A DNA stretch of 64,000 bases from the human T2T-CHM13v2.0 reference genome, Homo sapiens. The stretch lies in assembly GCF_009914755.1 (NCBI RefSeq), contig NC_060935.1; one strand, 5' to 3'. Below, in pieces: positions 12,196 through 25,059 of the stretch. The position numbers were made by a program, and so were the translations under genes. A model generated the notes under the pieces. It saw nothing but the letters and a program-made list of their open reading frames with translations. It ran no database searches and had not been told where the DNA came from. Numbering within the stretch: position 1 is the first letter of the stretch; each line of letters starts with the position of its first letter.

Positions 12196-12854
12196 TAATA
12201 ACAATTTACTGGTCCTGCTGAGAGGACCCATCTGTCAAAATTTTTCAGAACAGGCAGGAGAAACTGGAAACCTTGGTTTGATAACTGCCTGGCTGCCTCT
12301 TTTCCCAGAGCTGGCTCTAACGAAGAATAAACACACTTAACAGAGACGGTTGAAGGTCCTGGGATTACTTCCAATATGTTCCTTCCTGATGTCCACGGCA
12401 AATCTCAACTTGTTCATTTTTCTTTTTGTTTGCCTTTCTGAAAACAATGGAAGGAAAATTGAGGGAATCAATGTGCTACATTTCATATATGATGATAGGG
12501 ACAAAGTGTAGTTTTGATTTTTTTTTTAAATGATCTAGAATACAAAGTTGGTTATTTCCTCCTAGTGCCTGGCACATAGTATGTGCATACTAAATGTCGA
12601 GTGAATTGGCAATGTCATCTATTTGATGTTATTAAGTTTTCATTGTGTGCTAATTGTTCTGTAGAAGGTATTGGATTAGAGGGTCCACACCCTTAAAGAT
12701 ACCAAAAAGCTGGAGGATTTTCTCCATCACTGCCCCCAACCCAGAAAACCCTTAGCCTAATCCATGCCTGTTCCTTGTCATATGTACCAGCCCATGATCC
12801 TAAAAATAGTCAGTAGAATCAATTCTATTTTTTTGTGTGGTTTAATTTAATCCA

Positions 12855-13310
12855 TTATAAAAGTAATGCAGGTTAATTTTAGAAAGTTTTTAAATTACAG
12901 AAAAGTGAAAGAGAAGAAGAAAAAAATATGTGGTTCTACCACCCAGAGATAACCACTGTTAATATGCTGGTGTATTTATTTCCTTCCACTGTTTTCTATG
13001 TGTATTTTTACACAGATTGAACATACAATTGTATTTCTCTCTTAATATCATAACATAAGCATTTATTCTTGGAATTCAATACTGTGAATATCTCTTTTAA
13101 TAGTTGCGTACTATTACATTTTCCTGTTTTAGACCATTTAGTTTGTTTTCTATTTTTTAAAATTATAAGTAATGCTGGATAAATATCCTCATATGTGTAT
13201 CTTTGCTGGCATTCCTGTTTTTTTTTTGTTTTTGTTTTTTGTTTTTTGTTTTTTTTTTTTAGGATAGAGTTCCAGAAATGGTGTAACTAGTTCTAAAGGG
13301 GACAAACTCT
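12855..13310 (-). mobile_element. L1ME-like 3' fragment containing a T/G-rich tract (13217-13260)
   Basis: accacccagagataaccactgttaa, gaccatttagtttgttttc, aggatagagttccagaaatgg. Confidence 0.65.
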
Positions 13311-14155
13311 TAATACATTTTATGAGATTTCATTTTGATTTCTAAAACCGTTCGAATGTGACTTCCATAAAAGAGCTCTAGGAAAGCAGATTGCCTCAAA
13401 GAATTTACTTCCAGTTTTGCAACATTTCAGGCATAGAGTGTTTTAGCATTCAGTTTAAATGAGTACAGAAATCTTCTGTAGGCTGCCTCCTCTTCAGGCC
13501 TCTTCTCTCTCTAATAAAATGCAGCATTGGCATTATAAAAATCTTTCTTTGATAAACAACGTCTTTTTGCGTTCTCAAGGATTGTTTTCCTAAGTCTTCC
13601 TGGCGGGTATTGGGTTTATGTGTTGTATTTTTGCTTGCCTGTTTATGATATCTTAAGGGTTTAGTTATGCTTTGTGTTTTGTTTTGTTTTTTCATTGCCA
13701 AAGGAAGTCCAGATTTCATGGCAGTGAAACCGGCTTTTACAAGTCTGTCTGGGTCTTTCCTGAAAGGCCAGGAGATTACCTTGGCAGGGACTGTTCTCAG
13801 GAATATTGCATGGAAAAGGACTCCCCTCTCCAAGGCTAAGCCATCGTGGAAACGGCCTTGCCAAAGATAAGCGGTTTATCAATGGAGGGAAACCATGCCA
13901 TTCAGAGATATGAGAGACCAGGCATGCCATCTAGGAGGGTCAGGATATAGGATGGCTTAGTAAATGATGTCTCAGTCATACCACATAAAATCATGCATGC
14001 AACATAATTGAAAAGAATGGAACAGACATCCTTATCTTACCTGAAAAGACATCCATGATATTTTGTTAATTCTGAATAACAAGATGTAGAGAAATATGTA
14101 TGGTGTGATCTCATATTTGTAAGAAAAAAATAAAAGCAAAAATCATGTTTAACCG

Positions 14156-14367
14156 TTTGGGAGGCCGAGGCGGGCAGATCACCTGAGGTCAGGAGTTCAA
14201 GACCAGCCTGGCCAACACGGTGAAACCCCGTCTGTACTAAAAATACAAAAATTAGCCAGGTGTGGTGGTGGGCACCTGTAATCCCAGCTACTCAGGAGGC
14301 TGGAGCAGGAGAATCACTTGAACCCAGGAGGCAGATGTTGCAGTGAGCCAAGATCACACCACTGCAC
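14156..14367 (+). mobile_element. AluS fragment truncated at both ends, inside an old L1ME-like relic
   Basis: Starts at TTTGGGAGGCCGAGG and stops at CCACTGCAC; no poly(A), no TSD. Confidence 0.93.
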
Positions 14368-15339
14368 ATATCAGACTGTTGGTAACTCACTGGTATGTGA
14401 AATTGGGCTAGATGAGAATAAGGAACTTTGCTTTATACAACTCTGTTGAATAACCTGTTACAATGAACATGTATTACTTTTATAACTTAAAGGAGGAAAA
14501 CTAAAAAAAAAAATACTGGAGACGGACAGAATAGGAAGTGGGATTTAGGAGCTAGTTAAATGGGACCTGTGCAGGGTGGATCATCAGCCTTTCTGGCAAG
14601 GCTGATGCATGTGCCAAAGAAGAAAAGTGGGGCTACCTAGAAAAGTGGGGCTGAGCTGGCATGTCCTTACCCTGGCAGCTGCTAGAAAAATTGAATATGT
14701 TGGCATTCAATGGAGATATCACATCTGTAAAGTCTTTTGGGGGAGAAAATGGGAATGATCCAGAGAGAGTCAAGAGTTGCCATCTGAGGGCTTGAGAGAG
14801 GGTGGCCAGGAGAGATCAGAAGAACATGCTTTAAAAGCCCCAGAATGGAAAAGATGGATTCTGCATCTGAATCACAGAGCTCTTCTTAGCCATCTGTGAG
14901 ACATGCCCTAGGCCTTGAGCTAGAGACAGTGCCCAAGGCTTTTATTAACCTTCTTCCCTTGGGAGTGAATGCTGAGGTGTGTGTCTTCGAGGAGTGATGG
15001 CTCAGAGGCTACACAGCTCTCAAACTTGATTTGCTTTATATTTTATTTGTGAATTAGGGTGTATTCACGGCGAATGGATGATTTAGACGATGATGGGTCT
15101 GCTGCACATATAAAGGGATAATTGAATCTCGAAGTCTATTAAAGACTGTTGCCTTACATCTTGTGGGATGACATTTTATTACAGGGGCCAACTTGTCTCT
15201 TATATTCTGTTTCTTCTCTTCCCTTCCTCCCTTTCTTCATTATCCTTAAAAAATTAGATTTTCCCCTTCGCCAATCAGCAGTTGCAAAAAGTCCTCCAGG
15301 AAAAGTCTGGATGCCAGAAAGCCGTACCTGAGGGAGGCA

Positions 15340-15540
15340 GAATTGCATGGCAGTGGGCTACATGGGCTCCAGAGTTGGCCAATGTGTGGCCTCTAACAAG
15401 TATCTTGCCTCCTCTATGCCTCAGTTTCCTTCTCTGTAAAGTGTGGGTGATGATGTTTACTTTTTAGTTGTCATGAAGGTGAGGGATGATGATGCTTAGC
15501 ACAGTGTCTGACACTTTACAGCAAGCGCCACGATCCACTG
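15340..15540 (+). mobile_element. MIR
   Basis: gcctcagtttccttctctgtaaagt...cttagcacagtgtctgacac. Confidence 0.7.
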
Positions 15541-16849
15541 TTGTCATCGGGACTTTTGTCATCCTCAGTGCTGCCACACGTTTGCCCTGGGTCCTTGAGC
15601 AAATTGGCTCTTTTCTGTGGCCCCCTTGTTCCTCATCTGCCAACTGAACTCTCCGCAGTTAATAACTCCAGCGACACTCGAAAAAACAACAAAAGCAGTT
15701 GAACAGCAAAAACAACAATCCAAAAACCCACCCTGATTCCTGGGTAGGATAACGTCATTTCGCTCAGGACTGCTCTCAGTAAGTGGGCCTTTCCTGTCAG
15801 AAGAGCCTGGAACCTCTCTGTTCCTCAGAGCTGCCAACACTGGCCTTGTTCTGTGGTCTGATCTGCTGGCGACCTCTGTCCGCACACTTCTGAGACTGGC
15901 CAGGGGCCCTGGCACAGTCACACTGCACAGCCCGCCAAATCGAAAGGTCCTTTCTTTTGAGCAAATAGCATCATACACGTTGCCATCAAGAAAATGAAAG
16001 CATTTGCAGTGGCGCAGCATCCAGCTTCTCTCTGTGGCCTTTGGAAACAATTTTGTGACCAGAGAATGGTTGGAGACAAAGGTCTTTCTATCTGATCTGC
16101 TCACCAGGCTGGCATGGGATCGTGGGGGGCCTATGTCCCTCTTTCCTGGCACCACATGGATTGCTATCACTGCATTTGTCTCCTCTCTTTGATTAGGACA
16201 AGACAGGCAGGCAGGCAGAGGGTTGTATTTCAACTGCCCTTGACTCTGTTTATAATCACAAACATGAAAGGAAGGGGAAGAGATTGAGTTTATAGGACTG
16301 GTTCTTTGTGTAGCCTAATTTATCTCTCTCAGGCAGCAGTGGGCCGAGCGAGTTTCCTTTTTGTTTCCAATGCAGGAAACTGAAATATGAATCTATGTTG
16401 ATGAGAGAATAAAGGAATTGAAAGAGGCATAAATCTTATCTTCTCGCAACCCTACAAGATCAGCTTCTTGTGAAGAAGGGGATTATACTTCTGTAATTAA
16501 CTGCTTTGCAGCTCCTGGTGATGGCTCAGAGCTGAATAATAGCACCCAGCCAAGTTGGATAAAAGGCTGTTGGATGGGCGGGTGCGGCCGCTCATCGTGA
16601 ACAATGGTCTCAGGGCTTGACATCTTTTTCCAGTGCCCCGTGCTCAGAGAGTCCAACCAGGGGATATTTGTTCCCTGTCTATCAACATTCACAGCAGAGA
16701 ATAAAATTCCAGAACAAATAGCTCAAAGAGACCTGTTTCACTGGAGGCCAGTAGCTGCAATGAGCTGCCTTGAAGGACCAACCCAGATTCTACACCTCTT
16801 TGTGTTCCGACCAGTGCCCGGGACCTGTTAGGGGCTTATGGAACGCTGG

Positions 16850-17290
16850 TTGGCAGTGACTGCTTCTCAGCCGCTGTGCTGTCTCAGGAAAGTTGCGTGA
16901 GTTCTCTGATCTTCAGAGTTAACCGTCCACACAATGCAAGGGGTTCTTATGGAATTCTTATGAGGAAGAAATCAGATCATGAGTGTAAACAAATTACTTA
17001 GTACAGTGCCTGGCACAGGGCAGGTGATCAATAAATGGTAGCTATTATTATTAAATTGTGAAATAAAAATGGATCGCGGACACATAGCCATTATAATAGT
17101 CAATGTTTATGAGGCTTACCCTATACAGACACTGCATATCCATTAGTGCATGAAGGCCCCACAGCATCCCTATCAGGTAGGCCGGATTCTTTCCCCCCAT
17201 TTCACTGGTGACAAAATGGGCTCAGAATGGAATGATGATCTGCTATGGTTAGGAGCAGGAATGGAGACTGGCACCCAGGTCTTTCCCTTG
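16850..17290. mobile_element. Two MIRs tail to tail (+ at about 16850-17050, - at about 17095-17290)
   Basis: acagtgcctggcacag...ataaatggtagctattatt, then cccatttcactggtgacaaaatgggctcaga. Confidence 0.65.
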
Positions 17291-18574
17291 TCTCTTTTTC
17301 CTTAGCCCCTGCCCCTCAATACTGGAGCCACAGGTACTCAGCCCCTCAACCCACTGTACTCTGAAACTCACCAACCCCAGGATCAAGCTTCTGAGCCATC
17401 TGTGTTTCCTTTTCTCCTCCATGCTGCATGCTGAAATCTCTAGGAATCCTAGAGATTCTTCTTTTGAGATGTTTCCAAAACACCTCCCTTCTTCAATCCC
17501 ACTGCCACTCATGCTGGTACAGACCCTCGGCTCATGACAACCAGGCTTCCTACATTGAGCAGGCACCCAAGTAGTGTCTCAGGCCCAGGTCCTCTTTCTG
17601 TCACCCCTCACATCAGTGCCAGATGAGTGATCCCTCGCCTCACTCTCCTGTCCTTCCCTCCTGAGGGAGCAACAATCACTCCCCTGCCATACTAAGTCAG
17701 TTCCATGTTCCTTTCTTGGTATTCAAAGCTCTTTAGCTGACCCACTCAAACTTGTCTTCCTACTCACAGTCAGAACTTTGGGTCCAGCTGAGCCTGTCTC
17801 AGTTGCCCTCAGGCAGGCATCTGCAGCCACTCTGTGGTCTCAATGGATTAGACCCTTGATAAAGACTCAAATGTCCTCATTCACTGAACATTTAAGTGTT
17901 TAACAGAGCTATGGAACATAGAGATCATGTCTTCCATTCACCCACCCATTCTACAGATGGAACCTGAGGTCCAGAGAGGCTCAATATCACACAGTGAATT
18001 AGTTTCAGAACCAAGTCTCAAAGCTAGGCTTTTAAGCTTAAAATTCAGTGTTCTTCCATTAGGTCAATAGGCCATACCACCCTCAGTAATGACTGGCTGC
18101 CCGTGGCTGGGAGGGGCAATTTATTTATTCCTCAGTCTACATATGGGCTCTGGACCTGTGTGGTGCCCCAGAGGGTCAGCCTGAAGGCTGCGGAGGCTCC
18201 GAGTTAGGTGCTGGGGACAGGGATGTGATGGGCAGAGGCTGGGTGGTGGCAGCAGCAGAGGTGGGGGTGGGAGATTGAGATTTAGGGGGACTGTTGTGAA
18301 TCTCAGCAACTGTTAAGACAGATGAAAATGGGGCTGAATGCCAGGCCAAGCAGTGTGTGTGGGAACAGAGCACTTAACTTCTCTATTTGGATGGGAGATG
18401 GGATCCAGAAGGGCTTCAGGGAAAAAGTGGCCTGTGGCTCTGAAGAACCAGAAGGACTACGTTCATGGCACCAGAGATCAGGTATTCCAGGTGGAGGAGC
18501 AGCGTGGACAGGGCCAGACTGCCTGGCATGTGCGTGGTGAACAGCGCAGCTGCAGCAAGGGAGCCCGGAAAAGT

Positions 18575-18780
18575 AGAGGAGCATGGACTCCAGCTCTGCC
18601 TCTGCATCTGGGCTGACCCACTCAAGGTCTGGGCAAGTCACTTTGCTTTCCTGAACCTCAGTGTCCTTGTATGTGAAATGGGCATCATGATGTTACCTGT
18701 CTCCTAAGGCTATTGTGGGGATTAACCTAAATAGCAAGGCACCAAATATAGGGCCTGGCACATAGTAGGTATTCAGCAGA
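18575..18780 (+). mobile_element. MIR
   Basis: gggcaagtcactt...cctcagtgtcc...gtgaaatggg...cctggcacatagtagg. Confidence 0.75.
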
Positions 18781-19473
18781 AGACCTAGTGTGGCTGGAGC
18801 TCAGGTTATTGGGCCACAGGAACAAACAGATGTTTGGATGTCATTGTTTGTTTTCTTTTGCCTTCCAATGGGCCCTTTCTGCTCCTTCCAGGAGCTCACC
18901 AGCTGGCCTGGGAGGGCTGCTTGCCCACTTATAGTTGCCAAGATGTTTGGCTGTGCCCCCGTCCAGAACCATCTTCTGGTCCTGTCTTCATTCTTGAGCC
19001 CTTTCCAGCCTGAACCCAATGGGGGACTCGTGTTCCAGGTCTGCTAACGTTTGCTGGCAGAGCCCATGTTTGGGAGCGTGAGCTGTGTTTAGGTAGAAAC
19101 AGACACTGAAAACAGCTGCTGGCTTCTCTGCCGTGGTAAACAGGGAATAAAGCACTCCCCACCTCCCACTGTGGGCTTCGCTGGGGATTGGGGAGCACAA
19201 GGCAGGCCGGGCTTACTGTCGCTTTTGGGGAGGGGAAGGCCATTTTTCTTTAGGGACTGGGCCTGCCCCCTCAGGCTCGGGTCGGGCCAGGGGTGGGGTG
19301 AGATGTGTAGAGGGAGTTGGAAGCCCTCCCTCTCCCTGGACTTCTAGATGTTTGAAGACTCCATAGGCACTTTCTACCGTTTGGTGTCTGTGAGGCAGGG
19401 TCGTTTCTTTAAGCCTTTGTGGGTGGACTGTCAGCAAAGGCAGTTTCTGGCATGTCCTTGTACTGTGTTGATG

Positions 19474-19664
19474 AGTGGTATCAAACTTACCTTCACATCA
19501 GCCTCACTTGGTTGGTGCTGATTTAAACATACATATTCCCAGGCCCTTCCTCAGGCTCGCAGAATCAGAATCTCTGAGGGAAGGGCCCAGAAGCCTGCAT
19601 TTTAACAAACTCTTCAGGTGATTCTGCTGCAGGCATTCAGGGAACTACACCTTGGAGACCCCTG
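19474..19664. mobile_element. MER5A-like hAT-Charlie MITE
   Basis: Internal palindrome ggcccttcctcag...ctgagggaagggcc, gaatcagaatctct, gcattttaacaa...aggtgattctg. Confidence 0.8.
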
Positions 19665-19887
19665 GCAGGTTTCTAATGGGTTATCTGGGAAACCAGGGGG
19701 AAGGGGCAGTCAGGAGGAGGAGGGGGCCAGCCCAACCGCCCTTAGCATGCATACCCTGTTATGCTTTTTGACTTAGACTTGGGAGCAGATGCTTTTAGAT
19801 GTAGGTCTCCTTAGAAACAGATGCTATCCCTGTTCTAGAATATAGAATAGAGTAGTTCCCCATCCTCTAGGTGTGCTTCATTTGCTG

Positions 19888-20038
19888 TCCACCCACTCAT
19901 CCATCTCTCGACCCACTCACCCACCCATCCATCCACCCACTCTTTCATCCACCCACCCACCCACCCATCCATCCACCCACCCTTTCATCCACTCACCCAC
20001 CCACCCACACACCCACCCATCCTTCCATCTACCCATCC
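19888..20038. repeat. (CCCA/TCCA)n tetranucleotide repeat at the tail of an antisense L2 (L2 continues to about 20300)
   Basis: Direct reading; followed by G/A-rich antisense L2 text. Confidence 0.9.
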
Positions 20039-20889
20039 TTTTTGGAGTGACCACCTGCTTTGTGTCTGGCTCTGGGCTGAGCTTTGGAGACACCAGAACT
20101 CTCCATTTAGACAAACAGACACAGAAATCATCATAATACAGAGGGACCTGTTCAATGATCAATGTCTCGAATAAGTACTGTGGTGGCACAGATGACAGAC
20201 TCCACTGGCAGGGAGAAGGGATCAGAGAAGGCTTTGGAAGACAGCAACCTGTGAGTGGGCCATAAAGGACAAACAGTTTGCTAGATGGAGAGTGTGAGCG
20301 TGAGGGTGTGTAGGAGGGAAAGTCAGTTTTGCGAACTAAATCCTCTCACATCCACATTCAGAGCAGGGGCCTATCCCCAGGCCTCATGGAGCCCGTATTC
20401 GGAGGCTTATCTGTAGCTGCAACCTCTAAACTTGGCCCCATCTCCTGACATTTCTGAGTGAAAAGGAGCCACTCTTTAGTGTGTGTGCTGCAGGCTCCTG
20501 TGGCTGTCACAGTACAGTTATTGCGGAATTAACAGGGGAACAGCCATCCAAGTGGAGAGGCACAGAATACTTCCTGTCCTAGCTCTGCCTTCAACTCACT
20601 GTGTAACTGTGGACAGTTTCGGCCTCAGTTTCCCCATCATCAAGATGGGAGATTGGCTGTCAACTCTGCCAGCTTCCTGCCTGGAGCGCAGCCCTGACAC
20701 CCTGCCTGCAAGATACACGTTAGCAACGACCGTTCTCTCTACGCCAAGCTCATTTGTCTGAGCGTATCAGCAACACGACACCTCGCAGTTCAGTGGATTT
20801 GATGTGAGCTCCCGCCCCTGGCATACCTAGCGTGTAATACCTGCTGCTGAAAAGGGGTATTTGAAGGCAAAGTGCATGGCAGAAGGAAG

Positions 20890-20905
20890 CCTGTAGGTGG
20901 CGCTA
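20890..20905 (+). promoter_or_regulatory. Candidate CTCF site in a CpG-enriched patch
   Basis: CCTGTAGGTGGCGCTA versus consensus CCASYAGRKGGCRS (one mismatch). Confidence 0.6.
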
Positions 20906-20975
20906 TGGCTCCGGTTGCCGAGCTGCTCCCAGGAGATTCGTTTTCAGAGGATCTGAGAAAAAGCCGGCAGGGTTG

Positions 20976-21479
20976 ATGGCAGCTCTTTCTTCTCGGTGCC
21001 CTCGCAGTGCAGCAGGCCCCGCTTATTTGCAAGAAGCAGCCAGGTCAGCCCACTGGGCCTCCCCACCTCTTGTGCCCCTTCGCACATTTCAGAGCTCTCT
21101 CTTTTCCTCTGGGTCCTTCCATTCAAGAGAGGAGGAGGAGGAGGGGGTGAGCCTGTTGCGAACGGCGTTGGTGGGGCAGGGGCCGGTTCCCCTGTTTCTG
21201 GGGAGCCTTTTCTGTGCTGGTTGCAGGCAGGGGCCCTCAGTGTGGAGCTGTGGTGAGCCTGTGCCCCGTCGTATTTGGGTCACAGCCTCCGTGACCCCTA
21301 GCCCCCGCCAGGCACTCCACCCCTGCAGTGATTCGCTTGATATTTTAAAAGCACTCCATCTTCTGCCTGCTGCCTTCTCTCCATTCATCTGGGTCCAGGT
21401 TTTCGCCGAGCCATCTAATAAAGAATCCAGGGGGGAGAATGATGGGGGCGAGGAGAGGGAAAGTGCTAACATTTATTAA
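20976..21479 (+). other. 167-aa domain-less ORF in a candidate exon; translation unproven
   Basis: Acceptor-like gttttcag|A at 20947/20948, ATG 20976, TAA 21477-21479; no family recognised. Confidence 0.3.
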
Positions 21480-21824
21480 GTGCCCGCTGGGTGCCCAGCA
21501 CTTCCTCAACAACTAGAGCAGCGGTCTTTCTGCTTTCTTTCAGCTGCATAACCCTTTCCTCCATCCAAAATCGCAAGCCTAACCTGGCCGTGTAAACAAA
21601 CACCAGGGAAGCGCCTCTGATGGAAGGGGATGGGGCACCTAAGGCCCTGTCTCTCACCATGTAGCATCCTCCCCACTCCTAACAGACACTTTGGTGCTTC
21701 CATGAAACCTGGATCTAAAAGCTCTGTGCTCATTAAATCTACATATAACTCTCCAAGGAAATAGTATCCCCATTTTTATAATACCAAGCTAAAGGCCAGA
21801 GAGGGAGAGTGTAGGATCACACAA

Positions 21825-22120
21825 TTTTTTTTTTTTTTTTGAGATGGCGTTTCACTGTCACCCAGGCTATAGTGCAATGGCGTGATCTCAGCTCACTGCA
21901 ACCTCCACCTCCCTGATTCAAGTGATTCTCCTGCCTCAGCCTTCTGAGTAGCTGGGATTATAGGCGCGCGCCACCACGCCCAGCTAATTTTTGTATTTTA
22001 ATAGAGACGGGGTTTCACCATATTGGCCAGGCTGGTCTCCGAGCTCCTGACCTCAGGTGATCCGCCTGCTTTGGCCTCTCAAAGTGCTGGGATTATAGGC
22101 GTGAGCCACCGTGTCCGGCC
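21825..22120 (-). mobile_element. AluS inserted in an antisense MIR
   Basis: T16 tail then GAGATGGCGTTTCACT..., ends GTGTCCGGCC. Confidence 0.96.
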
Positions 22121-23489
22121 CAGGGACACGATTATTAAAGGGCAGAGAGCCAGACTGGGGAGGCAGGTGTGCTCCATTCCCAAGCCCATGCTTGCCCTGG
22201 CTCTGCCGGGAAGACAGTAGGTGCTTTGCTTCCTGAGAAAGGGCAGGAAGAGGCGTGGCTCCTCCAGCTGTACAGACGACCAGGCCAGATCCACATGGCC
22301 CCGTTTGGTGCTTGGATGTCTGGTAAACTGCCTGCCAAGGAGGAACGCAGGTAGGACAAGAAAACTGTGGGTGGTGAAACGCATGGGGAATGGGTTCTGT
22401 GCCGCCAGTGAAATGGTCTTTCAGCCGCCAGGCTCCAACTTGGCTGACTTTAGAAGAAATCAGCCAGCCATGGATTGCTGGAGATTCAGACACAAGCTTT
22501 CCAGGCCCTGATGAGTCCTTGTTTTCTTCCAGGACAACTGGGTTTTGGGACTGTAAGCTATGACCCAGATCTTGGTTCCCATTTCGCACATGAAGAGAAG
22601 ATTGGCCCTTAAAAAGCAAAATGCTTTAAAACAAAAACAAAGAAAAGAAAAAAAAGGAATTCATTTTTTTGCTTGCAATTTATTGTTTTCTTATAATCTT
22701 ATAATGACCATCAATTTGGATTCAGAAATACCTGCATCAAAAGGTCATATCGGTGCTAAGACCTGACTTCCCTGCATCTCAGTTGCCTCCTCTGTAAGAT
22801 GGCATCACAAACACTCCCCATGCCATCGGGCTGCTGTCACTGGTTCTTGTGTGTGGAAATGTCAATCCCAGGGCCTGAGGTGTGCAAAGTCAATAGTGGT
22901 TCTCTCCCCACTTCCACCCCCCAGTTTTTCTCAAAGCCTGTTGAATGTATGATGTGTCCTAAATGGAAGTGCTTCCACGGGGCACTGAGAGGATGGGTGA
23001 TCTCTTCTCACTGCAGTCAACTGGCTGAAACGCTCACCTTTTCATCTTAGCATGTGAGATGTGACACTCTGATCCCCGGAATTGTAAATTCAGACTCTCA
23101 GAGAGCTCAGGATGGCAAAATCCAACCTCTTCGTTTTTAAGATGGGGAAATTGGTTTGCACAAGGTCATGCAGCAGGTTTGTGGCAGAGCTGGAACCCAC
23201 ACCTGCTGATTCCCAACCTGGTGCTCTGTCTGTCATCCTGGGTGACAAGGAGCCATGGAGGCCGCAGGGAGGAAGGACCATGGGATGCTGTCTTGATCCC
23301 TCTGGCCTGTGACTGTGAGGGAGGCTCACTCTGCTCTGTGAGCCCCATCACATGGGTGTCGTGTGTGATGGTGAGTGGTGCCTCCCTTATAGAAACGAAA
23401 CCCCAAGAGCCAGGAAGAGCCCATCATCATCCAGATTCATAGGGAAAGCCAGCTCCTATCAGAGGCATCGAGGGGTGAGGAGGCCTGCC

Positions 23490-23855
23490 AAACTTGGAGT
23501 TGAGTCCCATTCCTGCCTCTTGCCAACTGTGTGCCCTGGGCAGGGGATTTCTTGAGTTGAGCCTGTTTCCTTACGAACTGAGGAGAGTAGAATTACAAAC
23601 CCATAGGTTAATGTGAAGATTCAACAAGTTAATATAATACTAATACTTAATGAGCATTTACTATGTGTCAGGTTGGGTTCTAAACTCTTTATATGTATTT
23701 GCTTATTTAATCTTCATAACAACATAGTTTGCTGCTAAGGGAATGGAGGTTCAGGATGGTTAAACAAACCCCAGGGACAAAACTGGAGAGGACAGTGTAG
23801 ATTTTGAGCCCAGGTAGCCTGGCTCTGGCACTCTACTCTTAACCACTGTGCTCTT
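23490..23855. mobile_element. Two MIRs tail to tail
   Basis: ctgtgtgccctgggcagg...gaagattcaa (+), then gagcatttactatgtgtcagg...cttaaccactgtgc (-). Confidence 0.7.
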
Positions 23856-25059
23856 TGACCTCAATTTCGGCAGAATCCAGTGCTTAGCACATAGAAGCTC
23901 CAAAAATGTCCACCCCTCCCTTGCTGTCTGTAACCAGCCTTCCTCATCCACCCCTTCTGGACCTCAAGAGTGGGTTCTAGAAGCAGGGTTCTGTTATTTC
24001 TCAGACACCAAAAGTTGACCCAACTCGATTGCTCTATCTTGAGTTATTTTACTTCTCTGTTTTGTTGTTGGTTTTGGTTTTTATTGCCTTTTCTTTGATC
24101 AAAAGCAAGACTGAATTGCCTACAAAGGCAAATCTGATTCTGTGCTCCTGAGCACCAAGTGAGCCTCAGCGATCGGCTCAGCTTAGCTCCTAATGCCAAC
24201 CAGTGAAGGAGCATGGTTTCTTGGTTTCTAACTGCTCACATTCATGGCTAAACCCCCAGCCCTAGACGAGCTTCCTTGACCAATCTGGGGGAAAAATACA
24301 CCTTCTTGTTTGTGGGTTTCTGGCGACACTTGTTCAATTTCCTGGTTACTATAGAGACCTTGTCAACACATCCAAATACTCTTCTTAGCAAAGAAATTTT
24401 CTTCTCCCCAGTCTCTGCATAGCCCCAAAGAACACAGGGTCTCAGGAAGAAGCAGGAAAGGCTTAGCCTATGGGCCTTCTGAGCCCAGCCCAGGCTCTGG
24501 TTCCCTTTCAGCTGCTTGCAGACTTTGAGCCTACAGAGGATAAAATGAGGGAATGAACAAGGAGCGCTGTTTGAGTGGGACTGAGCTTCAGGGCAAATAA
24601 AGGGAAGTGAATCAGAACAATGGAAAATCTGGCCAGGGTATTTAAACATTCAAATTTCTTTCTTTTTCCAGTGACCTAAGGACAGGCAATCTGCACTGGG
24701 AATCTGGATCCCTTACTCGTAATATTATGGCTGGAAGGGCAAGGTCAAGACTCCCAGTGGACTGGATACTAGGGTTGGGTCTCAGGTCTGCTCCTGATGG
24801 CCGAGGCCAGCAGCTACATTGCATTTATACAAATGGTTAGCGGAGCTCCCAAGCTGGCTCCTGTCTTTCCATCTCTGCTTATTGAAAGCTTACCCATGCT
24901 TTATGACCCTGCTTTGTTGCCACCACCTCCAGAAAGACTTAGAATCGATCTCCTCTTTTGCCCTTGTACCTCTCATTATAATCTCATCTCTCATCACCTC
25001 CTGCCCGACGTCATGGTTGCTTGTATGTCTGCCTTTATTCCAGAAATTCTCATCAAGCT

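Noticed and set aside
14621-14652. AGAAAAGTGGGGCT repeated at 18-bp spacing
   Set aside because: Ordinary short slippage duplication with nothing further to support function
15565-16233. 222-aa minus-strand ORF
   Set aside because: Non-ATG start, no recognisable domain, no supporting gene structure
5112-20947. Intronic C/D-box snoRNA expected from the TOP-like promoter
   Set aside because: No RTGATGA...CTGA pair with 60-100 nt spacing and a terminal stem found by eye; snoscan/Infernal would be needed to exclude it fully
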